In this document: one piece after another, positions 18,546-28,667 of the stretch
How the letters are laid out: each line of letters begins with the position of its first letter
Numbering within the stretch: the stretch's first letter is position 1
Assembly (NCBI GenBank): GCA_965214405.1
Contig: OZ243956.1
Span: 3,680,001-3,744,000 of the forward strand
Source of the DNA: Trueperaceae bacterium
GTDB taxonomy: Bacteria; Deinococcota; Deinococci; Deinococcales; Trueperaceae
DNA length: 64,000 nt
Direction of reading: 5' to 3'
Program-made: the position numbers and the translations under genes
The notes under the pieces: generated by a model
The model's input: the letters and a program-made list of their open reading frames with translations, nothing else
Database searches by the model: none
Told to the model about the DNA's origin: nothing

Positions 18546-19045
18546 ATGTCACGCGTTGTCACCCTCTTGAGCCTACTTTTTCTCCTTTCGGGCTGTATGT
18601 CGCCCTACCCGAGTGATGAAACGCTGATAAAGCGCTTTGAGAAAAATGAAGGAATGTTCAACGACATCTTGAACCAATTACAAGCCAGACCCGATATAGG
18701 CTACCTTCAACGCGACGTAGCTTTTTATAGTGGACGTAGCCGCGTAACCGAGCCGGGAGAGGAGAAGGAACTCAGGGGGCTTATGGAGCAGCTTCAACTG
18801 TTGGATGTGAATCCAGAGGACGACGGTGGGACAGATGTATATATGGAACTCGTGCGCAACAACGCTGCCTTGAGTGGCGCAAACAGATTTAAGGGTTATG
18901 CGTACTTATCCCAACCGCCCCTGAAATTTAGAACGGTTGAGAATCTTGATGCGGTCGGTGACGTCGGTTCGTCAGCGGACTTATACTTTTATAGGCATAT
19001 GATATGAAAGGCAACTGGTACTTGTATTTGAAGATTCAAGATTAA
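18546..19045 (+). pseudogene. Lipoprotein with C-terminus truncated by a 5-bp duplication
   Basis: Lipobox LLSGC. ATATG is duplicated at 18997-19006, giving TGA at 19005-19007; removing one copy restores ...YRHMKGNWYLYLKIQD* ending at 19045. Confidence 0.6.
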
Positions 19046-19057
19046 ATCCGTGAAGCC

Positions 19058-19903
19058 TTAGCGCCAGCGCCCCAACGCCCGCGCCACACGCGGGTCTAAA
19101 CGGTCAAAGTCTTCATCGGTCACACTCTCGATATTTTTATTGAGGATGTGCGCCAGATAGCAGCGCGCGGCGGACTCTAAGTGCGGCTTAAAGGCGGGGT
19201 CGGCGAGAACCTGGGGGAGGAGTTCTTGGAGTTTTTCGAGCAGATACGCTCTTGCCAAATGAACCGCCACCTCCCGCTCCTCGTCGCTTAGCAGGGGCGT
19301 GTCTTGTGCGGGGTTGAGGGCCAAGAGGTGGCTCGAGCGCCTTACCCTCGGCTCCGCCGCGTAGCGGGTGCAGGTGTCGCAGGGACCCTTGTCGGGGGTG
19401 AGCGTGCCGCAGACTAAGCAGGGCGTCCAGCCTTCCGCCGCGCGGCGGGCGCGGTAGGCGAGCATCGCCTTGGCGACGCTCATCGCGGGTCGCTCGAGCG
19501 CCTCGGGCAAGTCTAGGGTGCCCAAGTCTCGAGCCAACTTTGAGAGCGCCTTGGGGTCGACGGGCGCGTGGACCGGCGGGGGGGGCGGGGGCTCGGGCGC
19601 CACGGGCCGCCCCACCCTAAAAAGGATGTCGCGCACGTCCTTGACGCCAAACTTGCTCCGGTAGACGGCCAGAAAGCGCTGCCGCTGCCAAGTCAAGTGC
19701 ATCCCCGTTTCGCTGTCGGACACCTCGACAAAAAGCACGCCGTCTTGCAGGCTTTTGGCGGTGGTGAATTTGGCGACGTCCGCGCCGACCACCTGCGGCC
19801 ACAACAAAACCGCCTCGGCGCGCCTCACGCCGCGCTTCATGCCGCCGCGCCGGAAAACTTCGGCGAGCAGGTCCGAGAGGCTGGGGGGCGTGTTAGAGGG
19901 CAC
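19058..19903 (-). CDS. DUF721 / DciA-like protein with C-terminal Zn-ribbon
   Basis: W-x2-VVG-x2-VA ... GVLFVEV, CLVC-x8-CDTC; directly downstream of recF. Confidence 0.75.
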   Translation of the reverse strand: MPSNTPPSLSDLLAEVFRRGGMKRGVRRAEAVLLWPQVVGADVAKFTTAKSLQDGVLFVEVSDSETGMHLTWQRQRFLAVYRSKFGVKDVRDILFRVGRPVAPEPPPPPPVHAPVDPKALSKLARDLGTLDLPEALERPAMSVAKAMLAYRARRAAEGWTPCLVCGTLTPDKGPCDTCTRYAAEPRVRRSSHLLALNPAQDTPLLSDEEREVAVHLARAYLLEKLQELLPQVLADPAFKPHLESAARCYLAHILNKNIESVTDEDFDRLDPRVARALGRWR

Positions 19904-20933
19904 GGACCACGCCCCCGGCCACCTCGAAACGCTTATCGCACCGTGGCGGGGCCTCGGTGCCGCTCACGAGCGCCTGGGGTGTGGCGGCGGCGAGGTTAAG
20001 CAAGTACGTGCGCCGGTTCGTGTCGAGTTCGGCGGTGAAATCGTCTAAGAGCAGCACGGGCGCTTCGCCGTGTTTTTCGCTCAGGAGGCGGTACTCGGCC
20101 ACGCGCAAGGCGAGCGCGGTGGTGCGCGCTTCGCCCCTCGAGCCGTAGGCCTGCACGCTGTGACCGCCTAGCGTGAGCACCAAATCGTCACGGTGCGGCC
20201 CCACCACCGTCGCCCCCCGCGCCCGCTCTTCAAAGGAGCTGGCCGCGAGCGCTTCGCCTAAAATCTCCTCGGCGCGCTGCAAACTCACCTCGAGTTTTTT
20301 TCCGTCTCCCGCGATGTCCGCATACGTCTCCCGCGCAATCTCGTCCACCCGCCCCACCGCGCGCCGCCGCAGCGCCATCACTTCAGAACCCACCTCGACA
20401 AAACGCTCGGACCAAATGTCCAGCGTGGGGTCGTTTGGGTTGGTCCGTAGCACGGCGTTGCGCTGCTCCACCACGCGATTATACTCACGGAGCAAAAGGG
20501 CGTAGCGCAGCGAAAGGCGGCCCAGCAGCGTGTCCAGATAGCCCCGCCGCCCGGACGGCGACCCGTGGATGAGGTCGGCGTCTTCGGGGGTAATGAGCAC
20601 GGCGGCGGACACCCTGGCAAGCTCCAACGCGCGCACAAACTGACCGTCCAAGCGAATCACCTTGCGCCCCGGCGCGAGGCCGATATCGACCGTGCTCACC
20701 CCGTCGTCACGCTCGAGCTTCGCCCCCACAAAGCCTTCCTCCTCACCGATGCGCACCGTTTCGGTAATTTTACCTCCCGGCAGTTCGCCGCTACAGCCAA
20801 GGTAAGCGGCCTCTAACAGGTTCGACTTGCCCGCCGCGTTCGCGCCCACCACCGCGTTGATGCCGTTCGTAAACTCGAGCCGCGGCGTGAGCAGGTTGCG
20901 GTAGTGGAGTTGCGACAAGGAACGCAGGAGCAC
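19893..20933 (-). CDS. recF: DNA replication and repair protein RecF
   Basis: GANAAGKSNLLEA, VGPHRDDL, GSRGE, PVLLLDD-x2-AELD. Confidence 0.96.
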   Translation of the reverse strand: MLLRSLSQLHYRNLLTPRLEFTNGINAVVGANAAGKSNLLEAAYLGCSGELPGGKITETVRIGEEEGFVGAKLERDDGVSTVDIGLAPGRKVIRLDGQFVRALELARVSAAVLITPEDADLIHGSPSGRRGYLDTLLGRLSLRYALLLREYNRVVEQRNAVLRTNPNDPTLDIWSERFVEVGSEVMALRRRAVGRVDEIARETYADIAGDGKKLEVSLQRAEEILGEALAASSFEERARGATVVGPHRDDLVLTLGGHSVQAYGSRGEARTTALALRVAEYRLLSEKHGEAPVLLLDDFTAELDTNRRTYLLNLAAATPQALVSGTEAPPRCDKRFEVAGGVVRAL

Positions 20934-20972
20934 CTAAGCAGTCTAACCCCGTCCCGACGCCAACGCGGTTTA

Positions 20973-21287
20973 TCAACCTTTGTCGGTGGTTCTACGCCTA
21001 ATGAGGGCGATGACCGCAAGAATGACGCCGACCGCCACGCCGATGAGACCGGCGGGCACCGTCACGAGCGCGAACCAGCCCGAAACGAACATCGTGTAGA
21101 GGAGCGAACCCGCGTCAAAGGAGCCGATAAAGCAGGGGTTGGGAAACCCCTCGTGGAGCGTGCAGCCCAGCCGTGAGGCGACGGCGCTCGAGATCACCAC
21201 GCTCAGCACGGGCGAGCTTCCGATAAGGAGGCTCAGCACTATCACGAGTAGCGGCTGTTTTAGCGAAGGCTGCCCTCTAAATATCAT
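20973..21287 (-). CDS. Small membrane protein with Cys pair (GC-x2-HEG-x3-C)
   Basis: Two TM segments flanking a Cys loop; AAGG RBS. Confidence 0.7.
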   Translation of the reverse strand: MIFRGQPSLKQPLLVIVLSLLIGSSPVLSVVISSAVASRLGCTLHEGFPNPCFIGSFDAGSLLYTMFVSGWFALVTVPAGLIGVAVGVILAVIALIRRRTTDKG

Positions 21288-21311
21288 AAATTACCCTTGA
21301 CGCTCTACAGT

Positions 21312-22451
21312 TCAAGGCGTGTCCACCGCAAAAACGTCCAAACTCAGGTCTTGGTTTAGCAAACCAACATACGCGCCGTCACGCGACCACGCCGCGCTGT
21401 AAAACCGTTTGTTCGTAAAGAAACGGGTGAGGAGTTCGGGGTTTTGAGCCTTCCATATGCCCACCGCGCCCAGGCGGCGAAAGGGGGGCGGCACGAAACG
21501 CCTCACGCCGCGCGCCTCTCTGTAAGCGTAGTAACCCTCAAAAAGATGTTCGCTGTCGGGTGAAAACACAAAGTCGCGCCGCGCGTCGAACAGCTCGAGC
21601 GGCGACGCGACGGTGACGGGTTCGGCGTCTAGCGGTCGCAGACTAAAGGTGTTGGCGAGGTAGTAGTCGTCAATGCGCGCATTCATTTCGGCGGGCGTCA
21701 GATCGTTGGGCAAAAAGAGGTCGCGAATTGTGTCCTCTGCGCGCGTCCCATCCGGCGCAGTCGCCACCTCTCCCGCGGCGAAGTCGGCATAAAAGGGAAA
21801 CTGGTAGCGACCGTCAACGTCTAAGTCGGTCGTCTCACCCGTTTCCAAATGGGTGAGGCGTGAGCCGCACTGCAAAACTTGGTTATCGGGGCTGAACTCG
21901 AGCATCGCTGTACAACCGTAGGCCTCGTCGCTATCAATTTCAAAAACGGTTGTAACCACACGACCGTTGGTGCGCTGCACAATGAGGCTATTCTCGTTCT
22001 TGCCAAAAGCGTAGGACGCGACGAGGCTGCCGTCTTGTGAGAGGGCGGCTTCTTCTATCGCTGTGGCACCCCAGTCGTCATCGTACCGACGCTGCTCGTT
22101 ACCCTCTAGATCGCGCAGCACCTGGATGACGCTGCCATCTCGCGTGTCGAAAAGTGCAAGCACGGCGTGGTGTGTCGCGGGTTGCGCGCCGTCCGCTCGA
22201 GTCCCGCGCAACCCGACCAGAACACTTTCGCCCCCCGCGGAGAGGTCGAGCGCGCGGTAGCTCGCTCTGGCCCCAGGCTCGAGCCCCACCGCCCCAACAT
22301 CGAGTTTAACGCTTCTCACGCAGCCGCTCCACCTATCGAAACGCCCGCAAGGCCAGGTGTTCGCCCGAACGTAAACCCCGACAAAAATTATCGTAGCCAC
22401 GCCCAAAAGCAGCGCGAAAATGAGTGCGAGCCCCGTACGTTTTGCGACCAC
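21312..22451 (-). CDS. Membrane-anchored beta-propeller (WD40-like) protein
   Basis: N-terminal TM; repeated ALSQDG, FSPDN, FSPDS, WSRDG blades; GGAG RBS. Confidence 0.7.
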   Translation of the reverse strand: MVAKRTGLALIFALLLGVATIIFVGVYVRANTWPCGRFDRWSGCVRSVKLDVGAVGLEPGARASYRALDLSAGGESVLVGLRGTRADGAQPATHHAVLALFDTRDGSVIQVLRDLEGNEQRRYDDDWGATAIEEAALSQDGSLVASYAFGKNENSLIVQRTNGRVVTTVFEIDSDEAYGCTAMLEFSPDNQVLQCGSRLTHLETGETTDLDVDGRYQFPFYADFAAGEVATAPDGTRAEDTIRDLFLPNDLTPAEMNARIDDYYLANTFSLRPLDAEPVTVASPLELFDARRDFVFSPDSEHLFEGYYAYREARGVRRFVPPPFRRLGAVGIWKAQNPELLTRFFTNKRFYSAAWSRDGAYVGLLNQDLSLDVFAVDTP

Positions 22452-22695
22452 GCTTCACTCCACCTTTCCTGTTCTGGTGCCTATCTCAAGGACCTGGAGT
22501 CATTTGCCTGCCCGGCATTCATACATCACACTGTCGTCAATCTTAGTCTAGTAAAACCTGGATACAACTATTTTTTCAAGTTCCTCTCAACTATCCCAAG
22601 GATTTTTTGTCGCTTCCTCAGTGGCTCAGAGCGTTAAGAATTGCGGAGGTGCCGTGGCGTTAGGAAAATCAGGAAAATAGGCTAAAGCGCATCTA

Positions 22696-23158
22696 CTAAG
22701 ACCCTAAGCCAGCGCGCACGCTCTTTAACAGAGCGGGTGAAAGGTACAGGCCGTGCTTCTCAACAAGGTTGGTCAGACGTTCTCTGGTCTCTTTAGATGA
22801 AAGAAACGCGCGTTTGTGCGCCCAATAAAATGCCGAGGGTGCCGATAACCCTTAGACCCAACTCTTTGGCCTTTTCACGCGCCAAAAGGTCATCTAAAGC
22901 GACAAAGTCTGCGCGCGTTTCTTGGGCCAAAAAGAGCGCCTCGAGCTCGCCGCGGTGTAAACGCTCGAGGGCTCCGCTGACAAAAGCCTCGCCTCGAGCT
23001 GATAGCGTCACAATTTGCATAAAGTCCGGTAGCTCATCACCCAACTCGCGGACAACGCCCCCGGAAACGAGAACAGATTCGAAAAGCTTTTCTAAAAGAT
23101 GCAGACTGTTGAGCTTGTGCAAAAAGATGATAGGACTCGTGTTTGTGACGATTTTCAC
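22696..23158 (-). pseudogene. PIN-domain DUF3368 family toxin, frameshifted
   Basis: NTSPII, GELEAL-x-LA, LDD-x2-AR, GTLGILL. Frame breaks near 22821-22824; the shifted frame continues AHKRAFLSSKETRERLTNLVEKHGLYLSPALLKSVRAGLGS* to TAG at 22696. Confidence 0.75.
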
Positions 23159-23166
23159 TCTGTAGC

Positions 23167-23409
23167 TTAGAGCGTCTTGACGGTTTGGAGGTCTTCCAAC
23201 ACGGTCTCATCAGCAAGCACGAAGCCTTTGCCGAAATGCTCTCGTAACCGTTCGTGGAACCCTTCAAAATTGAGCCCAGCAAGGAGCGCCGCCGCCTCAA
23301 AGCTGACCTTGTTGGCGTGGTAGAGGCTGGCGGCAAGGAAAAAATTAGCCGCGTCTGCGCCGAGCGGTTCCAAAACCTCACCAAACTCCTCTTTGACGGC
23401 CAGGTTCAT
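23167..23409 (-). CDS. UPF0175-like antitoxin
   Basis: LY-x3-KVS-x3-AA-x-LAGL-x4-F; upstream of the DUF3368 PIN gene; TATACT 6 nt before ATG. Confidence 0.8.
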   Translation of the reverse strand: MNLAVKEEFGEVLEPLGADAANFFLAASLYHANKVSFEAAALLAGLNFEGFHERLREHFGKGFVLADETVLEDLQTVKTL

Positions 23410-23638
23410 GGCCTGAGTATAACGAGAACAGGTGCATTTTTATAGTGAGAGAAACGCAGCGGGAGAGAAATGGTGGCGTAGAAGGTGGCTCGAGCCCCAT
23501 ATATTCCACGCCACGCTCTCATTCATCCCAGGCTCTCTTTCTGACCAAGCCAGCCCTTCAAGGTCACGCGAAAGCCAACCACTTGCACGTCACGCTGTCG
23601 TCAATACTGATAAACCCTCGAGCATTTTCACATTCTTG

Positions 23639-24889
23639 TCAGTTACCCAAAGGATTCCTTGGCGCTTCTTTCTGGAGCGTAAACGCGTTGCCGTCGCTCG
23701 TGAGTTGGAGCGTCGCGCCGTCCAGGGTCGCGGTAAAGGTAAAGGTCGCGCCGTTACTCGAGAAGGTGCCCGACAGCGCGTTGCCGTTGGCGGTTGCTTG
23801 GACGGGAAAGGTTTGACCGCTGAGGTCCATGCTGCCCGTGTAGGTGCCGGTGCCCTCGAGCGTGAGCGTCAGCGTGTCGTTGCTATAGGTGCCCGCGAAG
23901 GGGTCGGGCGCGGGCGCGAGCGGGTTCGGCGTCTGACTTGAACCGAGCGGATTAGCGCCTCCGGTTGACGTGTTGGGTGTTGTGTCGGGCGGTGTACCGG
24001 TCTGCGCCGCGCCGCCCGTCTGAGCCTGCGTGGTCGCGTCGGTGGTGCCGACAGGCGCTTGCGTATTCGCTCCCCCCGTGGCAGCGTCCGGCACGGCGGG
24101 TTCTACGCCCAGCGCGTTGAGCTGCGCCATCACCTCGGGAAAAGCCTGCTCCATCGTGAGTTCGCCGCTTTGGACCCTCTGCATCTGGGGCGTAAGTTCT
24201 AAGCCGTTCGCGCCGAGGGTGAAGAACTGCGGGTCGAGTCCGAAGGTTTGCAACACCTGCTTTGCACCCTCCTGCAAGTCGGTGAGCGAGAAGCCCTGCG
24301 CGCCCTCTCGAGCCTGCCCGTACTGCGCGGCGGTAATAATTGTTGCGATCAGCAGCGGCTCGGTGGCGAGTTGCTTGTCGGCGTCACTCAAGTTGGGCAG
24401 GTCCGTATTGGCAAAAGCCACCCGGAAAAGGTCGCGCACGGCGGCGTCTTGTTCCGGGGTGGTGTTCTCTAAGTTCTGCAAGACGCCGTAGGCGGTGAGT
24501 ACCGCCGCCGATATCACGTCCACCATGTTGGTCGCGCTCCAGGTGCCGTCGGGGAAGCCTTCGGCCATAATGGCCTGCTGCTGCTCAAGGGTGAGTTGGT
24601 CTAAGATGCTCTGAGCGGCTGCGCGGCTCTCTAGCGTGTCGGGCAGAATGGCTAACACTTGCGCCTGGACTTGCGGGACCAGAGACGGGTCGTAGGTGTA
24701 CTCGAACTGCGCGGGGTCCACCGCCGCCGTCTGCTGGGGCGTCACGGTGGGCGTGCCGCCCTCGCCAAAAAAACTGCTCAGCGCGTCGTTGATTTGCCCG
24801 GTCGCGCGGTCAGAGCCGCTTTGCGCGAACGCGCCGCAGGCGAGCGCAAATCCTAAAAGGGCGACCAGTAAGCCTTTGAGCCTGTTCAT
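23639..24889 (-). CDS. Secreted protein: helical N-domain, T/G/P-rich linker, beta-rich C-domain
   Basis: Signal peptide ending AFA-Q; GAGGAG RBS; NPL motif x3. Confidence 0.8.
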   Translation of the reverse strand: MNRLKGLLVALLGFALACGAFAQSGSDRATGQINDALSSFFGEGGTPTVTPQQTAAVDPAQFEYTYDPSLVPQVQAQVLAILPDTLESRAAAQSILDQLTLEQQQAIMAEGFPDGTWSATNMVDVISAAVLTAYGVLQNLENTTPEQDAAVRDLFRVAFANTDLPNLSDADKQLATEPLLIATIITAAQYGQAREGAQGFSLTDLQEGAKQVLQTFGLDPQFFTLGANGLELTPQMQRVQSGELTMEQAFPEVMAQLNALGVEPAVPDAATGGANTQAPVGTTDATTQAQTGGAAQTGTPPDTTPNTSTGGANPLGSSQTPNPLAPAPDPFAGTYSNDTLTLTLEGTGTYTGSMDLSGQTFPVQATANGNALSGTFSSNGATFTFTATLDGATLQLTSDGNAFTLQKEAPRNPLGN

Positions 24890-25013
24890 GCTGTCTCCTC
24901 GTTATGCCTGTTGAGATGTTTCTGACTTTTACTTTGCTCTCACTTTACAACACCTATTTTACCCAGGGAGAAAAGGCGGAGCGAGCCGCTAAGCCCCGCT
25001 CGAAACCCACGCC

Positions 25014-26945
25014 TCACTCGGTCTTGCGCGTAAAATTTCTGTCTCCCATGATAAAAGAGTCAGGACCGGACACCGTGATGAAGTCGCGCTCGACTTTGCC
25101 GTTGCCGAAACGAAACTCAATCACGTTGCCCTGGATGGTGTAGGTGCCTGCATCGTCGCTGTTGCCGTAGGCCGAGGTGTAGGTGTCGCCCAAGGGGCTG
25201 CTCATCGAGGACAGGGATTGAGATGAGGAGGCGTAAGAAAAGGTGTTGTCGGGCTTAAAGTCGTAGTTCCATTCGCTGTAGGAGCTCGAGCACATCGAAA
25301 ACGGTCCGCAGAAGCCAAACGAGGAACCGGCGTTCGCCCAGAAAAGTCCGTCAAGCCTCGTCACCGTGTTCGCCGCAACGGGCGTGAGCGCTTCGCCGCT
25401 GATGACGGGCACCGCGCCGTCCAAAGAAAAGGGTTCAGGGTCGGCGTTCCCGATGCGGATGAGACCGTTACTCACCGCGTACGTGTCACAAAAGGGCGCG
25501 CCGTTGGGCTTGGTGCGGGTGCAGTCGATGTCCGCCGGGTCGCCCTCGGGCGCGCCATCAAACACGTAGCCGTTCGGGAAAAACCTATAGAAGTGCGGTT
25601 CCGACGTGGAAAAAGTTCCCTGTGAGACGAAGTCGTAGCGGTAAAAAAGACCGTCCAAGGCCTTTTCGGTGGGCGGCGCGGGCGGCGCGGCTCCTTCGCC
25701 GTACGTTTCAAAACTGACGGGCTCGCCCAAGCTTTCGCAGCTTAGCGAGAGTTCGCTCGAGCTATATACAAAGCCCGGATACCCCTTGCCGCTGCTCAGG
25801 GAGAGGTCAAAAGAGCGAAAGCCGTTGTCGGGCTCTTCCGTGTAGGACGAGGACTGCTCGGCAAAGGGTCCGGTCAGCCAGTCAATCTGTGAGCTGTTAT
25901 AGTCACTCGTCATGCCGGAGACGCTGTAGGTTCCGCTCGCCCCGCCGACACTGTACTGTCCTCCAGATGCAAGCTCCAACGCCTGCGCCTCGCCCGTCTC
26001 GGCGTCGCGGCAGGTGTAGGTGCCCGCTTGAGGGGTTTTAAGGCGAAATGTAGTAAGCGCCGCCCGCTCGCTCGAGCCCTGCTGATAGCAGCCAAAGCTG
26101 TAACTTGCGTCACCCAGCGTCACGCTACCCAAAGAAAAGCTCTGTCCAAAGTTGCTAAAATCAAGCTCGCCGTCCGCCTCCTTAAAGGGTCCGCTCAGCC
26201 AGGTTATTTCCGGCGAATAGGTGTCGGTACTCAGCGTATAGGTCCCGCCGCCGTACGAACTGAGGTACTGCCCCGGCGCGGAAAACTGCACAACGAGGCT
26301 CGAACTGCTGTAATCGGTCCCGCGCGCGTTATAGCAGTGAAATTCGTCCTGGATAAACGTTTCTTCTGGATTTACGCCCGCCGCGATGACCTCCGCGTAG
26401 CTGGGGCTCGTGATGGGCGGCAGGGCTCGAGCCTTGGGCAGCGGCGGGGGCGGCGGGTCCTCGCCGCTCAAGAGCGCGTAAAATTCGCGCAGGGTCCTAA
26501 ACTCGTCTGGATAATTCGTCAGCACGTCCCAATCGGGACTCTGCAAGAGGGCGGGAACGCTTTTACACCATTCGGCCTCGCGCCCGGTCGCCTTGGCGGT
26601 CAAGTCCTGCAACGCCGCCCCTGCAAACGAGTTTTGCATCTCCCCAAAAACCGCCCCGACCTCCGGTAACTGCTTGATTAGCTCCAAGATGGTCAGGCCG
26701 CTCGAGCTGTACCAGGCCGCCGCCGCCTCGCTCACGCCCGCCTCGGGCGCGTGTTGGGTGCAAAAGGTGACGTTGGCGTCCACAAAAGAGTCGAGCTGGA
26801 TGAGCGCCAGCGCCGCGTCGCTCATGGCCTGCACTTCGGCGTCTATCTCGGCGTCATCCTGGGCGGTATCTTGAGCCACTGCAAGGCTAAAAAAGGAACT
26901 AAAAATTAAAGTAACAAAAATCACGCTCAAAGACGCACGTATCAC
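25014..26945 (-). CDS. Large secreted protein with internally duplicated beta module
   Basis: GTG start after GGGAG; signal ending AVA-Q; GQY...GTY...I-x-WL-x-GPF occurs twice. Confidence 0.75.
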   Translation of the reverse strand: MIRASLSVIFVTLIFSSFFSLAVAQDTAQDDAEIDAEVQAMSDAALALIQLDSFVDANVTFCTQHAPEAGVSEAAAAWYSSSGLTILELIKQLPEVGAVFGEMQNSFAGAALQDLTAKATGREAEWCKSVPALLQSPDWDVLTNYPDEFRTLREFYALLSGEDPPPPPLPKARALPPITSPSYAEVIAAGVNPEETFIQDEFHCYNARGTDYSSSSLVVQFSAPGQYLSSYGGGTYTLSTDTYSPEITWLSGPFKEADGELDFSNFGQSFSLGSVTLGDASYSFGCYQQGSSERAALTTFRLKTPQAGTYTCRDAETGEAQALELASGGQYSVGGASGTYSVSGMTSDYNSSQIDWLTGPFAEQSSSYTEEPDNGFRSFDLSLSSGKGYPGFVYSSSELSLSCESLGEPVSFETYGEGAAPPAPPTEKALDGLFYRYDFVSQGTFSTSEPHFYRFFPNGYVFDGAPEGDPADIDCTRTKPNGAPFCDTYAVSNGLIRIGNADPEPFSLDGAVPVISGEALTPVAANTVTRLDGLFWANAGSSFGFCGPFSMCSSSYSEWNYDFKPDNTFSYASSSQSLSSMSSPLGDTYTSAYGNSDDAGTYTIQGNVIEFRFGNGKVERDFITVSGPDSFIMGDRNFTRKTE

Positions 26946-27120
26946 TGATAACGCTCCCGACTTAAATAAACTCTGACGAAGCAAAATGTAAGCGGCGAAG
27001 GGGTAGAGGGGATTGTGGTGAAAAGGGTGAAAGAAGATAGGGACAAGGCTTTGACCTGTGAAAATCATACAGGCTGTGAGGGGTTGTGGCTAGTCCCGCT
27101 CGAGCGCACTTGCCACGCGC

Positions 27121-27552
27121 TCACCTGATAAACCGCCAGGACCACCACGGGTAATGATACTCACGCCTTTCCACCTCGAAGCCTTGACCGCAGTACAGAC
27201 ACCGGCAGACGTAATCCTCTTCAAAAGGTGCCAAGACGACCTCCTGAAAAATCTTGACGTGACCGGCTTCTTGCTCCCTCTCAGGGTCGTAAAACATGTT
27301 TTTGGTGTAGAGGTGGCAGAGACAGCCCTTGCGGTCGCGGATGAACATGAGCTTTTGGAGCGCGAACTCTAAGTGGCCCGCGTTGGGATAAAAAGCGCCG
27401 CCGAGGTCTACCCCGCGCGTGCGCCGCCGAATCTTGCTTATGTTCTTTGCGAGCTCCGCCAGTTCCTCTGGCTCCCGGAGCGTCCGGACGGCGTGGGCTC
27501 CTGACCAAATGCGGTGAGGGTCGCCTGAGGTGAGGTCTTCAAGGATGCTCAT
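27121..27552 (-). CDS. Hypothetical Cys-rich protein
   Basis: CLCHLY, CRCLYCG, EYHYPWWSW. Confidence 0.7.
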   Translation of the reverse strand: MSILEDLTSGDPHRIWSGAHAVRTLREPEELAELAKNISKIRRRTRGVDLGGAFYPNAGHLEFALQKLMFIRDRKGCLCHLYTKNMFYDPEREQEAGHVKIFQEVVLAPFEEDYVCRCLYCGQGFEVERREYHYPWWSWRFIR

Positions 27553-27727
27553 GAGGGTTCCGGTGTGCTAAATATAACGCGCGGGCTTGGTGGGGGTGCG
27601 GGGGCTCGAGCCCACCCTATACAAGCAAAGATGAAATTTTAGATAAAAAACTTTCTGAAGCGTTCTCTCGGCCTCCATGTTTAAGGTGACTTGACGCTCT
27701 ACGTAAACAGGTCTGTTACCCTTTGGC

Positions 27728-28612
27728 ATGTCTGACACCACCCTTTTGCTCAAGCCTCACCAAGCCACTGCGTTAAGAAACGGCGAGCAGGTTGCCACGT
27801 TTCGCTATCGGCAGGACTATTGGCATTTTCAACCAGGCGAGTTCTTCTGCTCCTTTTCGTTTGATGAGGGAGTTGAAGACCGTCACGCCGTCGCGCAGCT
27901 CCTTTACGAAACCGCTCTGCCGCAGATGTTGGAGGACGGCGTGTTGCTCTTGCGCGCGGGTCTAAGCGAAGATGATGTCCTTTTGCCCACCCTGCTGCGT
28001 CTCGGGTTTCGCACCTACCGCCACGTATTCACCCCCGTTTTGGATGTGCGCACTTTTCCGGCGGAAACGTTAAAGCCGTTTGAAAATGATGCGCGGGCAC
28101 TCGGCTTCGACATCATGAGTTTGGCCGAACTTGGTATGGCTGACCCTAAAACCGACAGTGTGGTGGCAAAATTCCGCGCCCTTCACGATGAGGTGTACAG
28201 CGAGGGTTCAGGCGCAATCCCCGCTACGCCGCACCTTTTTTCGCTAGATGAGTGGCGTGAGGAGGTGTTTAATGAATTTTTGCCCGACGCGTGCTTTGTT
28301 GCGCTGCAAGGAGACGAGTACGCCGCCTTTGCCAATCTTTTTCCCGCCGCCCTCGTGCCGGAAAACCGGGGCCGAGAACTCGATACCGCCAACTTTGGGA
28401 CGAGCCGAGTTTTCCGGCACCACCACCGACCCGTTATGCTTGCCCTCTGGTCGCATCTTATCCGTTACGCCCAAGACCACAGTTACGAAACCATCCGCGC
28501 GGAAATCGACTCGGATTATCCCTGGATTTTAGAAGTCTGCGCCGAACTGCCGATGACGTTGGGCAAAGACTTTGTCAGCCTCGTGAGAGCGGTTCGTTGG
28601 AAGGTGCTTTAG
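27728..28612 (+). CDS. Probable tandem GNAT-fold acetyltransferase
   Basis: LRLGF, ACFVALQG, FGTSRVFRH resembling acetyl-CoA-binding motif A. Confidence 0.55.
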   Translation: MSDTTLLLKPHQATALRNGEQVATFRYRQDYWHFQPGEFFCSFSFDEGVEDRHAVAQLLYETALPQMLEDGVLLLRAGLSEDDVLLPTLLRLGFRTYRHVFTPVLDVRTFPAETLKPFENDARALGFDIMSLAELGMADPKTDSVVAKFRALHDEVYSEGSGAIPATPHLFSLDEWREEVFNEFLPDACFVALQGDEYAAFANLFPAALVPENRGRELDTANFGTSRVFRHHHRPVMLALWSHLIRYAQDHSYETIRAEIDSDYPWILEVCAELPMTLGKDFVSLVRAVRWKVL

Positions 28613-28667
28613 TGCTCTGCGGGGTGCTACACTCGAGGTCCAACGTTCTAGCCCCTCGAGGTACTTA

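Noticed and set aside
19058..20933. Replication origin near recF/dciA
   Set aside because: No dnaA, dnaN or gyrB, and no cluster of DnaA boxes seen
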